Shown here: positions 49,785-63,200 of the stretch, piece by piece
Position numbering within the stretch: position 1 is the stretch's first letter
How the letters are laid out: each line of letters starts with the position of its first letter
Source: Perna viridis
Lineage: Eukaryota
Direction: 5' to 3'
DNA length: 64,000 bases
Assembly: GCA_037379345.1 (NCBI GenBank)
Contig: CM074517.1
Location: 48,034,577-48,098,576 of the forward strand
The notes under the pieces: model-generated
What the model was told of the DNA's origin: nothing
What the model saw: only the letters and a program-made list of their open reading frames with translations
The model's database searches: none
Position numbers and translations under genes: made by a program

Positions 49785-50452
49785 TTATAAATCATTTCTT
49801 GGAAACAAATCTAGAGACATTGAACGTGTAACAGTTTTTAACGCTATACACGTTTTTTTATTTTTAGTAGGGTGAGTAATGAATTCACATGAACGAGACC
49901 TTATGATTTTGTATAATTTTGCATATTGGTTTTTTTGCGGATCATTGTGGACCACTGGTGATAATGCATTATAAGTGTTTCCATCATTTCTAAAGCGATT
50001 GGCAAGGCATTCGTACGAACTGAGAGAGGTCATTACTTCAGTTTTTAAATTTCCCATTGATGTATCTTTGCTTTCCTTGTATGGAAATGTACCTATGTGC
50101 TCCTGGGCATGAACAGCAGGTCGAAGATATCCCGATAAATTGGAGTAATTGCTTTTACTACTGGCAATACTATTTGAACCACTGACAACTTCCATGTATT
50201 CATTTCTTGTCCCAGCTGGTACTATTATATCCACCATAGCTCTTTCGTCAACGACATCATAGTCTTGATCATCGATGGCGGATCGTCTGTCCGATTGATT
50301 CGTATGATTAATACTGCGCTCTTGCATTATGGCTTTTCTTTTCTTTACTGCATTTCGGTACTTGAAGAAAAGTATTCCCACACAACAAATGAGAACAAAT
50401 ACTGTTACAGTTAATGTGTAATAGATGATTATGTTTCTATCCAACTTAAGCT
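49785..50452 (-). CDS. Terminal exon of EGF-like receptor (TM + cytoplasmic tail)
   Basis: cag acceptor at 50453-55; matches ORF 49785..50444. Confidence 0.85.
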
Positions 50453-53303
50453 CTGTTTAAGAATAAAAAAAAAATCATATTCACATTTTTTAGACGAACA
50501 AAGTGGTTCAATTTCAACTTAACTCTGAATAATTACGCAACGGCTTTGATTTTCCTACTGTCAAATACATTTTTTCGCTTTTCTTGAAATTTATATCTTT
50601 GAAACTATTTCCTATAATTGGCTCAGCGACTTCCGCGAAAGATAGACTGAGACGAGGATATGTTGCCCGGTTTGTACGGTACGGTTGTCATCAGGACCTG
50701 ATTGAACGATGTGTAGTGTCTGCTCCCAAATATGGCAAATCTTTCTTATGTCACAGATGTTCTTAATCTTAATTTGACTTTTACGAGCAGCACACCGCTG
50801 TCCCACAAGGAGCAAAAATGCTCACTATTCCGGTGTTCAACCCTTGGTTCAAAGGTCTCCACGCAGTTCGTTTTATTTACTTTTAAGTTCTCTTGTTGTG
50901 TCTTTTTATTCCCCTTTGTGTATATGTGTGGGTATCTTCCCGTTTTTTTTGTTATCTAAGGATTTCTCTTCGTTTTAGTGTCAATGACTTTTCAAAAAGA
51001 AAGTCGACTAATGACGAAGGGTATTTCATACCAATTGATAGCAGCAACAAATTATGATTACGGCAACATTTCATGAAGATACTTTATCCCTATATGCACA
51101 AAACTACGATAACTTAACTACAGTTCTCGCAGGGAATTTTGTTAAACTTATGGTCATTTGTAACTTCGTTTAAAAGAGGAAAATGCATAGAACTTGGTGA
51201 GGAAGGCCACGATATAGTGTTGTTTACAAATTAAGATATGAGTACCTGCATGTTGCACAGTATCAGTCCTACGCGTCGTTATAACATCAGTAAAGATTGG
51301 CTGGTCTGTAAAACATTTCAAGACAATAATATTTTCACCAATATACAGAACGTATATGAGTTTATGTATAATGCAGTTCAGTGTTGCTATAATCAATTGA
51401 TTAATTAATAAACTTTCGGCACCGCCCTTTTTATTAGCGAGGGGAGTCTTTCTGAAAAAAAAATCCAAATGTTCATACTCATTCAAAGTAAATGAAAATA
51501 ATGATTCTGTATTACAAAGCTGATTTTCAAGTAAAAATAGTGATAGCAGTTGGGGCTGAAATATATGTAAAAAATTTGCCCATGTGCGGAAAATTTTTTA
51601 TCTAACATCAAATCCCAGGTCCTCCCTCAGGATAAAAATGGGCGGTGCCTTACAAAAGATTAGAAAGTAGACTTTATATAATAACAAGAAATGGACTTCT
51701 TAATTATTCCTTACTTGTAGAAAAAATCACTTTGGCTTGGGAACTTTCCAATTCTTTAAGTGTAGTCGCTTCCGTGCATCCATAAATGTGATTACATCTA
51801 TGTGTAAAGATAATGGGGTTATTTGGATCAACATTTGAAAGAATAAAAATTCAACAAACAGGAAAAACAAACAAACAAAAAAATCTCAGCGCTATTTGGT
51901 GGCAATGTTGTTGATTTGGTAGGAAAAGGTTTGAAATTATCTTGTCTATGATATTAAAAAAAAAACAACAGTCCTCATTTCAGTAAATGAATACTAGTAT
52001 ATTCTTTATTTAACGTGTTTGGTAATTTCATGCAATTGACATATTCTACTTTTTGATACTTTTCTTACGTTTGTGTGGGAGAACAATTGCAGTCTTCTGC
52101 ACAGTTTTGTCCATATGTATCCGAAGCGCACGGTTGACATTTCTCTCCAAATCCTGTTGTATATCCAGGGAAACAACCTTAAAAGTTCTAGGAAACCTTT
52201 ATAATGACATCGGTGATAGTGCAATTGTTATGGCGGGCCAAGTGGATAGATTAGCACCAAAGAAAAAACGTTTTGAAAAGATCATCACCAACTGTTCGGC
52301 AAACATACAACTTCAGAACAATGATTTGAACCCTTTCCCAATGTTCAAATTTACATGCCCCTTTTTAACGATATATACATCAAAACCCTTACTTTTACTA
52401 TATATATCACCTTGGACAAGAATATAAATGATATTTCATTTCACTAAAATTTTATTTCTATTTTCGACCATTGTTTATTTATACTTTTCGCTTTAATTTG
52501 TAAAACAAATATTTCAATAAAAAATATTTTAAAATCTGAAAGAATGAAAGCCATGTTATTCTAAGCTAGGAATTGATCTTTTTTTTCAATTTCGTAAAGC
52601 GTCGAATGCAATAGTCTTTAAATGCCATATATATTTGTCTCCATACTTATAATATACATCTGTATATACAACTGACAAATATAGTTACCATTTTTTGTTT
52701 ACGGTATTGGGGAAATGTTTATAAGTAGCTTCACTATACCCATATTACATTCTTTTTAGCATTTAGGTGGGACAAATGTAATAAACATGATTATGTAAAG
52801 ATTAATCTTTGAACTCTATTGAATACTGGTTCATCGAAAATGCATAGTTTGATAAATGTAGAGATGAACTACCGCCGATAGTAGAAATTATTACGCACGA
52901 CTCTCTGGTGACGAGTGCCGAAGAGCGCCTAGATTTAACGATTGTACGGAGCTTATTGCGCGCGGCAAATAAATACGTTCTTGTCATGAGTGATTATATT
53001 TTGGTTATCCACTGTTTCCAATTGTATTTTTTATCACAGAAGTACAACATCACAAAAACTAAGAGTGGTTATGTAGTATGTAACTGGTTCTAAATTACAA
53101 ATAACACTGAACTCGGTGGTTTACTGACATGCATAAATCACCTCCTGTCTGATTTTTTTATTTATACATACTGCTACTTAAGACATAAAATATCTAGCGA
53201 ATATAATTTATGAATACTGCAGCGCTTCTCGCGCTGTATCTTACGATAACAACCGTTATTCCTTTCCTCGAAGTCAGAACAGCATACAGGAACAACAATA
53301 CCT
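49785..53303 (-). CDS. MEGF/scavenger-F-like single-pass receptor (EMI/EGF-like Cys repeats, TM, Tyr-motif tail); 5' part unresolved
   Basis: Exons 53245-53303, 52069-52177, 51715-51797, 51246-51305 and 49785-50452 join in phase: GIVVPVCCSDFEERNNGCYRCFPGY...CQPCASDTYGQNCAEDCNCSPTQTCNHIYGC, Thr-rich stalk, TM IIIYYTLTVTVFVLICCVGILFF, basic KYRNAVKKRK, tail to TAA. Confidence 0.85.
50600..50960 (+). mobile_element. Old Penelope-like 3' fragment in receptor intron
   Basis: RGYVAR...YGCHQDLIER resembles the C-terminus of the same family. Confidence 0.5.
52069..52177 (-). CDS. EGF-like exon of the receptor
   Basis: CFPGYTTGFGEKCQPCASDTYGQNCAEDCNC; aag acceptor, gtaaga donor. Confidence 0.88.
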
Positions 53304-53639
53304 CTAAAATAAAACGGGAAACATCTCTTAAAGTATATTTATCCTTTAAGTATATTTTGAAGGTGCTCTAACTATCTTAATCGCATAGAAAGGGAAATCT
53401 AGGAAAGAAGGATTAACAAGAAAACAATCCTGGGACAACAATCAGACAAAATATAATGGGCACATGCAAAAAATGAACATGAAATAACGAAAATAACACT
53501 CGCATAGAAACAAAAACAACCTTTTACTTATAAATTTCCACCTCATGGGTAGGAGAATAATGAAATGAAAACTAAGACGCTGTGAACAAACTGGTTTCCA
53601 TGGTGCTAATGGATACACCACGAGTTCATAGTGACTATA

Positions 53640-54410
53640 AAAAAGTGATTACTTTAATCTTGTAACAAAAAATAACCCTATTCCAGAACTCGATAGTAAG
53701 AAGTTGTTTAAGCAAGCTCTGGCATAAAGTATTAGTAGTGAGATGAAAACTCCATACGCGGGTGCTGATAGGATGAAAGGAAAATTTACAATACAAAACA
53801 AGAATTTATGGCGATTGTTGTATACTTCAATCGCTAGTTTCCATTTTAAATCGGCCACTTAGAGTAGGTAAAGATATGAGGCTGACGTCATTGTGTCTGT
53901 AGCATTGTTCATCTCATGTTCTTTGAGGTAGATGAGATGTATGAAACCCCCCAATCCATCATTGAAGGCACATTTGAAAAGCATATTGTTGATTAAAAGT
54001 TCCAACATTTTTTCAACATTTTCAGTAAATGTAAGAAGATTATTTGGAATTTTTTTTAAAACATAAGGCATCTTTGCCAAGTACCGCGTATTTGTGTATC
54101 TCCTTAATTTATAAGAAAAAAATCTGCTACAGATATATTACTGATTTTATCTTAGTCTCCCTTGAATGAAGCTCTGTTTCAGACGCTTAGCGAAAATCTT
54201 CAGCTATGGCACCACGTCTAAAGAACGAATTGAATGGAAAGCCACGTCATTATTACGAAAGAGGCCAATTTATGCAACTGAAACGATAAACACAAGTGCA
54301 CACAAAAATGATTTTTTTTATTCAGCCTACCTGTCATTTCTGGCTTCACATGTTTTGTTTTCCTGTCGAGATAAGTCAACTGCCATAATGATTTAGATGG
54401 AAAATTAATG
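53640..54410 (-). mobile_element. Degraded Penelope-like RT fragment
   Basis: MLELLINN, IYLKEHEM, SASYLYL and VNFPF..SAPAYGVFIS.LI.YARAC, with frameshifts. Confidence 0.75.
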
Positions 54411-55384
54411 ATTGCCCTGATCAATGTAGGAGGAAATAAAAAGTCGAATGAACAGGGCGACAGTATGAATATTGAAAATATAGCGGAAAAGATTACTTAT
54501 CTCAAACAATGTGAATTGATGGTATAAGGACATACGATTTTCCCACAAGTGCACATGTGACTATTATTTTCTTTTCCCATAAAATTTATAGTTCTTTTGT
54601 GAAAATAAATTGCGCTATCTATTAGGCAAAATGTTCATCATTGTATATGAATCAACTGAAAACGTTTATATTCAACTAATCTGTACAATCGGAATCATAG
54701 CTATTCAGCTAAAAATAGAAAAAAAGACAGCTATATCAGAAATAATATGAAGTACGAGTTGCCCATTAACTTCTTTGTTTGGTTTCATTGTACATATTAT
54801 TTTGGTTGTTATATTATCTTTGTTGTGTGTGTCTGTTATCTTTGTCTGGTCTTTGTGTTTTGGTTGCGTTCTTTTGATTATTGCTAGAATCTTGGCTACC
54901 TGACTTTTTGTATTACACAAATGAGAATCGTATCAAAAGTTTTGATCACTTCCAGATATACAGAGATTTCAATGGCCTTCGTTTTAGGAAGTACATAACT
55001 GATGGTATAAAAAAAGGGAATATTATACTTGTTAAACTACGCAAACTTGCTGCACATCTTGTTTTGTGATAGTTATGTCTGCCACTTGTGTGGTTTTTAT
55101 AAACGCCATTTTTATCCATTCAAACTGTAGTACACTATATATATTATATACTGTACTACCGCTGTGCAGGCGGTGTTGCCATAGATGACACAGCGGTTCG
55201 AGGTCGAGTCCCACGGAGGGAACGACCAAAAATTTGCATCGCAAATCTGACAGTTCTAAAATCGCTGGGAATTTTTCAGACCTTTCTAAATATATATATA
55301 GTACGAACAGTGTGACTCTTATCCTGTATATTTAGAAGCAAGTGTTATAGTGATAATTTTTGTAACTATGAATATTAGGTGTTT

Positions 55385-55830
55385 TGCCGTATACCATAAC
55401 CCTTCAGGCTATGCATAGTTTTAACAGGGTTATGTTGTTACAAGATTGAAGTCATCACTACAGAAGTTTTATGGTCATCATTAACTCGTGGATCGTTATG
55501 ATGTATCCATCAGCACCATGAAAACTGATTTATTCAACGGGTCATAGTTTACATTTCCTCGTTTGTCTACCCCGAACTTGACTTTTTTATGGGCAACTCG
55601 GCGGGTGTTTCTAGAAAAGCAGAGGACGCTTACCCTACCGGTGAACCTGGTCCATGCTCCCGGTTTTTGGTGGAGTCCGGGTTGCTCATTTGCTTTTGTT
55701 ACTTTGTATGTATGATTTTAGTTACTTTATGTTCTTTGTTGTGTATGTCTGTTTTCCATGTCTGGTCTTTGTCCCTGGATTACATTCTTTTGATTACCGC
55801 TATAACCTTGGTTCCCTTGATTACTCTTTA
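55385..55830 (+). mobile_element. Penelope-like element 3' end
   Basis: QGYV..RLKSSLQKFYG.H then the tail ttctagaaaagcagaggacgcttaccctaccggtg...gttgctcat. Confidence 0.75.
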
Positions 55831-57591
55831 ACAGCCTAATGAAACTACATCAGCAAAACTGCTAATAATTCATCATTATTTCAAAGATGCCTAAAAGCGA
55901 AAAGAGTGTCTCCGAACAAATTTCTGAAATAAATAATTATTAAGGATACTTTAAGGATTATGATTTTACAAAAAGAAGACACCAGTAAGATATTTCACAA
56001 CTGCCATATTTATCCCGCCGGTCAGTAGTGTATGACAGCTTATTTTCAAGATCAGTTCCGTAATATAAAAAAAATAGGAGATTGGGTAATTGTAACTATA
56101 AAATCAGTTGTAAACGATTACATTTTTTTATTCAATCATTGTAATGAATCATCCCAAAATATGATTACAAGTAATTTGATTTAATCAAATACTTTACCAA
56201 ATTATGATTACTTTTTTTAATTACATTTTGATTACGAAGGAAATAAATCTCCAATTGTGTCTTTCAACAATTATTTAAGAATTATATATAGAAATGGTCT
56301 GTATAAAAGTTTTTTCTTCATCAATTTTATAATACAGTAGATTTCTGTCAATCGCATAATAAACAGAAATTATTTTTAAAGTAAAATACTCAATGTTAAC
56401 AAAGTTTAACTGTATTTACATCAGATTCATTTTTAGGATTTTCAGGATTTCATAAAGTGTATATTGTTGTTTTAACAATTTAAGTACATTTTTGTGCTGA
56501 TTTTGATAAAAAAAAATGCAATTTAGAGGAATTTTAATTTTCGGCCTAAGGTTATACAAATATTATTTATCCAAAAAAATATTCAATTAACAGATATGCA
56601 ATTACGTGAAATCAATTGCATATAAAAAATTAGGAATAAAATACAAAGAATATTTTACTGAAAAAGTTTGTAAAAACTTTTAAAAGCCCATATTGATTTA
56701 TGAAAGACAACATTCATTGTAATATATGTCATTGTGATTAGTTTACCATCATAATCATCAATTAAACTCAATCAGTCATTACTTGCAATATAAGCCGCCT
56801 CTGTCGGAGCAGGACACATTTACTCCCCCGGAGCACTTGCTATCACTCCTGGATTTTTGTGGAAGTTCCTATTGCGTTGGTGTTTTTGCGTGCAACGCAT
56901 TGTTTTCTTTGGTTTTTGTATGCTATCATTCATATGGTTCGCTACACTTTGTAAGTTGATTGTTTTTTTCGTTTCTTGTTTTCACATTCTGGCCATATAT
57001 TTGGATTTTGACGTATTTGAAATGTTCCATTGTTCGCGATTCTTTTGTCAATGTATGGAAATTTAAATGTAATTTAATTGATTACTTTAAAAGTAACTGG
57101 ACCTTCTTGATAGAAAGTAATTTTAGATATAGTGGAAAGATCAATACTATGTTGAAATATCCCCCAAAAGTAAGGTTTGTTTTTGTTTTCTATGGGTTTT
57201 TTTTGCCCTACATTATACCAATGTGTCCTACTAAGATAATACTATTACTACTTCAAATCACTGTGATCTTATGGACCAAAGCTTATGTTTGAGTACCTGA
57301 AAACAACTATGACCTTAACCTCCAATATTTACATATCAACCAGTGTGCTAGTCTTTAAGGCAATACTAAACCAGCTCAATTCGTAACTTAAAAAAAAAAC
57401 AATACTAGAATTTCTGTTGTTGTATGACACCTTGTTGTACACGTTTAAAGTGGTTGTTGTCCGGGCATCATGAAAACGCTTGATTCTTACTTTTCATTAC
57501 TTAAGTTAAAAAAAGTCTACCAAAATCAATCCCGCCATCATTTTGTGTTATGGTGCCTTTTGATATGTATGTCCCGACACAAAATAGCTAC

Positions 57592-57760
57592 GGACGACTG
57601 TCGATGGTACAACTTTGGGAACACTTTCTAATTTTTTTACTGATGACCTCGTTGAATAAGTACAAGGATTCATAGAATTCGGGGAAATCTTTGAGAATGA
57701 ACAGCTGTATATCATCATTTGATACAGAGCAAAATGCGTTGCTATTCATGAAGAAAGATT
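57592..57760 (-). CDS. Possible linker exon between HEPN-like and EGF-like exons
   Basis: tatag acceptor, open only in phase 1 (SFFMNSNAFCSV...CSQSCTIDSR); donor weak or ambiguous. Confidence 0.35.
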
Positions 57761-59569
57761 CTATAATTTTAAAAATAAAATTAACATTAAGGGCATATAC
57801 AGAAGTAAATACATGAAATATAATTAAATACTGCAATGATGTATTATTTTCATATTGAAAATATATAAACATAAAACATAAAACTGTATCCATCCAAAGA
57901 AAATTCGAAAATAACACATCTAATCTGCATATAAACAAGCATAAATATCGACGAATTGAATACCACAAAAATGTGTAATAGTGATATACGATAAAGAGTC
58001 GGATTAAATAGGTATATCAGGTAGTAAGCTAAAACAAATAGGTAAAACGAATCTATGCACAGAAAATTGCTACAAAACAAAAATGGAAAACTAGCCACCT
58101 ACACGATGAAAGAAGGCTAATGCAATGACCTTTGTAATAGACGTGTGATTTCAGATAGCTGGGTCTATAGCCCGTTTTTATTATGGAATTTTCTCTTTGA
58201 AAATAGTCATAAAAAGTTTTATGCTGAATTGGTCTGATTTTAAATAAACAATGTGAATATATTTTTAACTTTTTTGCATCATTTATATTGTAATCATATC
58301 ATAGATAATTCAAAAGATAAAACATGAGAAATGCATTTCTCTGAAATCATATTTAGATATAACAATCATTGTAAGGTCCACTTAATTCAATAGTTTAAAA
58401 ATAGATAATTCCTAAAAATTATTTCGTCTAGGTCTTCTGGTGGCATGATTTATCTGAAATTAAAATAAAAAAAAAATAACAAGAACAGTTATATGATAAT
58501 AAAGAAAGTATTTCGAGACTAAGTTTCGTTGACAGAAGATAGATTGAACTTATGCTGTTTTTTTATGTATCGGCTTGCACTGGCTTATTTGCAACTAGTT
58601 TTTATTGTGATATGTGTGATGTCCAGCAGACAGAATGCGTCATTTATTTTACCTTTTCGTCACTGTATATATAAATCTATCCTTAAAACTGTTTTACTTT
58701 TTAATAATGAACATATACATTTTAATTCTATCGTTCTAGAAGATTACTATTCTCGCTTATTAATAATGAGATGATTATATTCTAAACCAGTTATAGTATT
58801 GGTGTACTCAAATAAGTGAAGTTGTAGAGAAAAGAAGGAGAAGTGTATCTTGTTAGAACTATATATCAGTGGTGCTTACAACAGCAATGTGTAAGGCTAA
58901 TTCATTTTGAAGAAACAAAAAAAAAAAAAGAAAAAAAGAAAGAAACTTTTTGGGGGGTTTCAGGAACCACTTTAAGCAACACATTGTAAAGTTGGCTAAC
59001 CTAATAAACATCTAACATTTTGAAACCCATATGTCTGAACACCGTCAATACAGGAGTATTGACTTTTTCATCAATCTAACAAATTAAAAAAAATCAATGA
59101 ACGTTCCCATTTCACCAGAAAATCTTGTAGATATCAGTTTGTATTTTGTAGGTAAATGTCCCTAGACAGATTAAAGATTAAGCGCTTTATTCGGCCATTT
59201 TCCTTTAATGGTGAACTTTTAACTTGATCTTTCAGTAGCAATAGCACCATTCTGATCATATTTCCCCCGATTCACATTTGTCAGTATGAACATATCAATT
59301 AGATGAATATTGTAAATTTCGGTACAGCCATATGATATACTTATGTGAAAAATAAAATTTGATTTGATCGGTTATGTTTTGCAGTTTTAATTCCTTTATT
59401 TTCTATTGGTCAATCAAAATCAGTTGAATACCATATGCTGATAAGTGTTACATTAAAAAAAATTTGCTGAATAAATCTTCCCTTAACTGAAGCAACACAC
59501 CTAGTATAAAATTTAATTTGATTTAATGAATGCTTAAGCAAAAATTATCTTACCGAACACGTTTTTTAT

Positions 59570-60067
59570 GTCTCTAGTGATTTCAAAATAGTGATTGTAA
59601 TGATTTCCTTCTAATCCATTCACTGCCTACAATAGAAAATAATGATGATTGGTCAAGTAATTTCAGAGAAGAGATCTTTTAAAGAAATAACATTAAAAAC
59701 AGGGAAAAAAAACGACGAAAAATGCAGTAACTCCAACATGGCATTACAGATCAAAACACAAATTTGACCAGACATAGATCTCATTATGCTGAACACTTTA
59801 ACCGATGTCAAAATTTGGCTAAACCTAACGGTTTTGGAGATATATGCAAAAAATCTTCTGTCTGACCTCTACATTCTATTTTTAGTAACGGCGTTCATGT
59901 TTTTCCATGGATCAAAATCTCCACATCAGTTCTTTGCACAACACCTTAAGGAACATTCATACCAATAATGGTTCGACCACGACGACGGACGACAACGACG
60001 AAGACGACGACGGACGCCTAGTGATGGCAATAACTCAGGACATGGCCTATGGTCAGGTGAGCTAAAA
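59570..60067 (-). mobile_element. HINE-type element, reverse orientation
   Basis: (gac)n microsatellite then gtgatggcaataactca...ggtcaggtgagctaaaa terminus; left boundary approximate. Confidence 0.65.
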
Positions 60068-61378
60068 TACGATGAATTATTGGACTGATCAAATTTTGTG
60101 AATTTTTCGATCGCTTGAGAACATCGCGTAATTCATAAGTATATATAAATTACATGTGTTGTAGGACGCATCTTAATATGACCGCAAATGTTGAATTGTT
60201 AACACTTGGGACAAACTGAAAACAACATTCAAATTTGATATACCTCTGAATTTGAATTATAATTAAATGTCTGACCATAATAAAAATAGTGAACGAACTT
60301 TAAATTTTCAATAAGATAAAAACGTATACTTAAAATTGAATTGAGAAAAAATGTTTATTTTTTACCCCTTTTGGTTTTTAAGCTACGTAATTAATAATCA
60401 CAAACAAAACCAACATATTATTGAACTGGCACCATTCAAAATGTTAAATTTATCAATTAATTAACGATCAGAAATATATGTAAGATATAGGATTAAGCAA
60501 TTGATTCACATTGTGCATAGACATAAACTAGAAAAAATGTGTTTATATGAATCGTGTGCCTCGACTTCCTTTTATGCAACGAAACAATAAACAGAAATGA
60601 AAATAAGCATTTAGCCACGATGACAAACAAAATAAACTGAATTATACTGGTGTTCCAAATAGAATTTCAAAGATTTCCCATCAAAACTAAACACAAATAA
60701 CACCCCAATAATGTCACTGACAATGAGCGAAACCCTCCCAAATATGCAGCAAAATCGTTAAAAGTTAATGTGTGAGAGAGCCTATATACAATACAATCCA
60801 TCAAAATGAAGCTTGCACACGGTAATACCAAAATAAAGCTTTGAACCTCATATCAAGTTATGCTGAGATTTGCAAAAGTTTACAAAACTCAAAAAATTAG
60901 ACTCAAAATTCTTCTGATAAACAGGAGGCTGTTAAAAAAAATGACAAAGCAGAAAATATATCACATTCCTAAACCCACTAAGATAAAGACGTATGAATGG
61001 TACCTTCGATTGTTTCGCCTAATTAAAAAAAACAAAACACTAGAAATCCTTTCCGGCACACACAAAGTTCATATGCGACCAAATCAAAACGCTTAATCAA
61101 GAGTCAACTAATCAAGATAAAGATAACGCGGCATTTTAATTTTCACAACACTCAATTGAAGAGTTGCTGAGAATTTTATGACGAAAAGAAGTAAACTTCG
61201 TACGGGAAAAGCAATAACTTTTTACATCAAAACTAAACAACATTTAATTTTTGAAAATGAAGAGAAATTGTATTCAAATAGGAACATTATTAAAACATCC
61301 GTGTTTGGGCATTGATACCAAAGAACCTTTGTATGACAGTTAATCCTTTTTTATGAAATTAGAAATGGATATTTTTAC

Positions 61379-61593
61379 CATGTAAAGAATATTGTGCATT
61401 TTCAAAAATTCTGTTTTTGCAATGGTGCCACTACTACTCTGTGTCATTCTACTTCTAACAGAATCAATTCGTTTCAAATGCTCCAAAACATGACTGTTCT
61501 TTTCAGAGTCTTCTGTCGTTTTATTTTTATCAATAATTCTTCTTAAAATCAAAATCATCAGCTTAAGATCCATATTCTGTGAGGATATTTCAC
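61379..61593 (-). CDS. Exon encoding DZIP3-type HEPN-like segment
   Basis: tttcag/gtaaaa, 215 nt open. SSQNMDLKLMILILR...LKRIDSVRSRMTQSSSGTIAKTEF resembles the remembered FDITLMxxLLRN...LARIKxYRNxxAH...GxISxxEF pattern. Confidence 0.65.
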
Positions 61594-61814
61594 CTGAAAT
61601 GTAAAAGCGTAAGTAAGACATGACACTTAATGTTCTTTTTTTTTTTTTGGTTTTTGTTTTGCTTCGTTTATAACGTGAACAGGTGGGGCAAATATGGAAA
61701 AACCATTCAAGCTAATGCACCTTTGAATTTAGATTTCAATGCAATATCTGACACGGTAGATTTTGACCAGAATGAAAATGGTCAAATAACTAAAGCGGAC
61801 AAGGATTATCATAC

Positions 61815-61903
61815 GACCATTATCAAGGATAGTGGCCCTATGATCTTTTAAACTAGAATTCACAACCATTTGATATTTTTCCGATCGCCTACAAATATTA
61901 CAT
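61815..61903 (-). CDS. Exon upstream of HEPN-like exon
   Basis: tttgttttcag/gtatga, 89 nt, phase 2->1, joins the next exon in frame (CNICRRSEKYQMVVNSSLKDHRATILDNGR). Confidence 0.55.
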
Positions 61904-62214
61904 CTGAAAACAAAAGTAGAGAGTATTTCAACTAAAAACAATAATTAATGTTGAATTGCAGCTCTTTACTTAAATACTGTTCAATATTGAATTCATTCCA
62001 TTAGTTGATTTAGAATTAAATTCTATCAAGTAATAAAATATGAGAGATTTTGATTTTTTGCTTCTGGCATTTTTGCTACCCTATCAGATAAAATGTTTTA
62101 AAAACGTTAAGGTACCATCCTTAGAAATCCATTGTAAAATGAGCATATTAAACATCTAAATATATTGAAAACGAGGTCACATGTTTAACGAGTAATAAAG
62201 AGAACCAGGATTCT

Positions 62215-63200
62215 AGCAGAAATCAAAATAACACAACCCAGAGACCAGAAAGGGAAAACAGACACACACACATAACAAAGAACTTAAAAAAAATAATAAT
62301 AATACGTACAAAAAACCCAAAGTAAATGAGCAACTCCACTAAAAACTGGGAGCATGGACTAGATGTACCGGTAGACTAAGCGTCCTGTGCTTTTCTAGAA
62401 ACACCGCGAGTTTCTTAGAGTTGATTATGAAAAGTAAAGTCCGGGATAGACGAAAGATGAAAAGAAAACTATGACACTTTGAACACATCGGTTCTCATAG
62501 TACAGAGGGATACACCATAACGATCTACGACTTGATAATGAGCATTAAACTTTTCTAGTGATGACCTTAATCTTGTAGCAACATAACTCTGTCCAGATGT
62601 CTAATTGTAAGAAGTCTAGCGCGGTAGAAAAAGTCTGCATAGTTTCGGCAAGCTCTGGCATGACGTATGAGTTGCAATATAAAAACTGCATATGCAGGTG
62701 TTGGAGGGATGTTGTCACAGATAAAAGACAGTACAGAGTGAAAGTCATCGCGTTTTTTCGTATAGTTTTTGTTAGTAGTTTTTCCTATCGATCGCACTCT
62801 AAGTGTAGGTCAAGATATGAGGCTGACTTCAAAGCGTCTTTAGTATCCTTTATTTCAAGTTCTTTGGGGGTAGATGCGGTGTATAAAATCCCCCAAACTA
62901 GAATTATTTAACGATAATACGTCATCTATATAGCTGAAACTGAGATCAAAGGACCTGGTTGAACGATGCTCTTTCCTTTGGATCAGATCAGCTATACAGT
63001 CAACATCATACGAGTGAAGGAATTTGGCAGCGAGTAGAAAATTCTAATTTGTTCCCATTGGAATGAAGACCGTTTGTTGAAAATGCATCTATTACCCTGG
63101 AAAAATATGTTGTCAATAAAAAAATCCAGCCTTTTGATAAAAAAACCCGTCTTTTTCGGTATATTCGAAAATGATTTGGAATCGTACTTCACAAAATATG
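62215..63200 (-). mobile_element. 5'-truncated Penelope-like element
   Basis: LDFFIDNIF, IPMGTN, SYIDDVLSLNN, KRDDF, PAYAVFILQLIRHARAC and the same 3' tail as 55590-55700. Confidence 0.85.

Noticed and set aside
54536-54560. 25-nt candidate exon (TCALVGKS) with gtatgt donor for the EGF receptor
   Set aside because: Acceptor context is purine-rich; cannot be supported without reads.
55155-55275. tRNA-like sequence with GGTCGAGTCC
   Set aside because: No full cloverleaf; more likely a SINE head than a tRNA gene.
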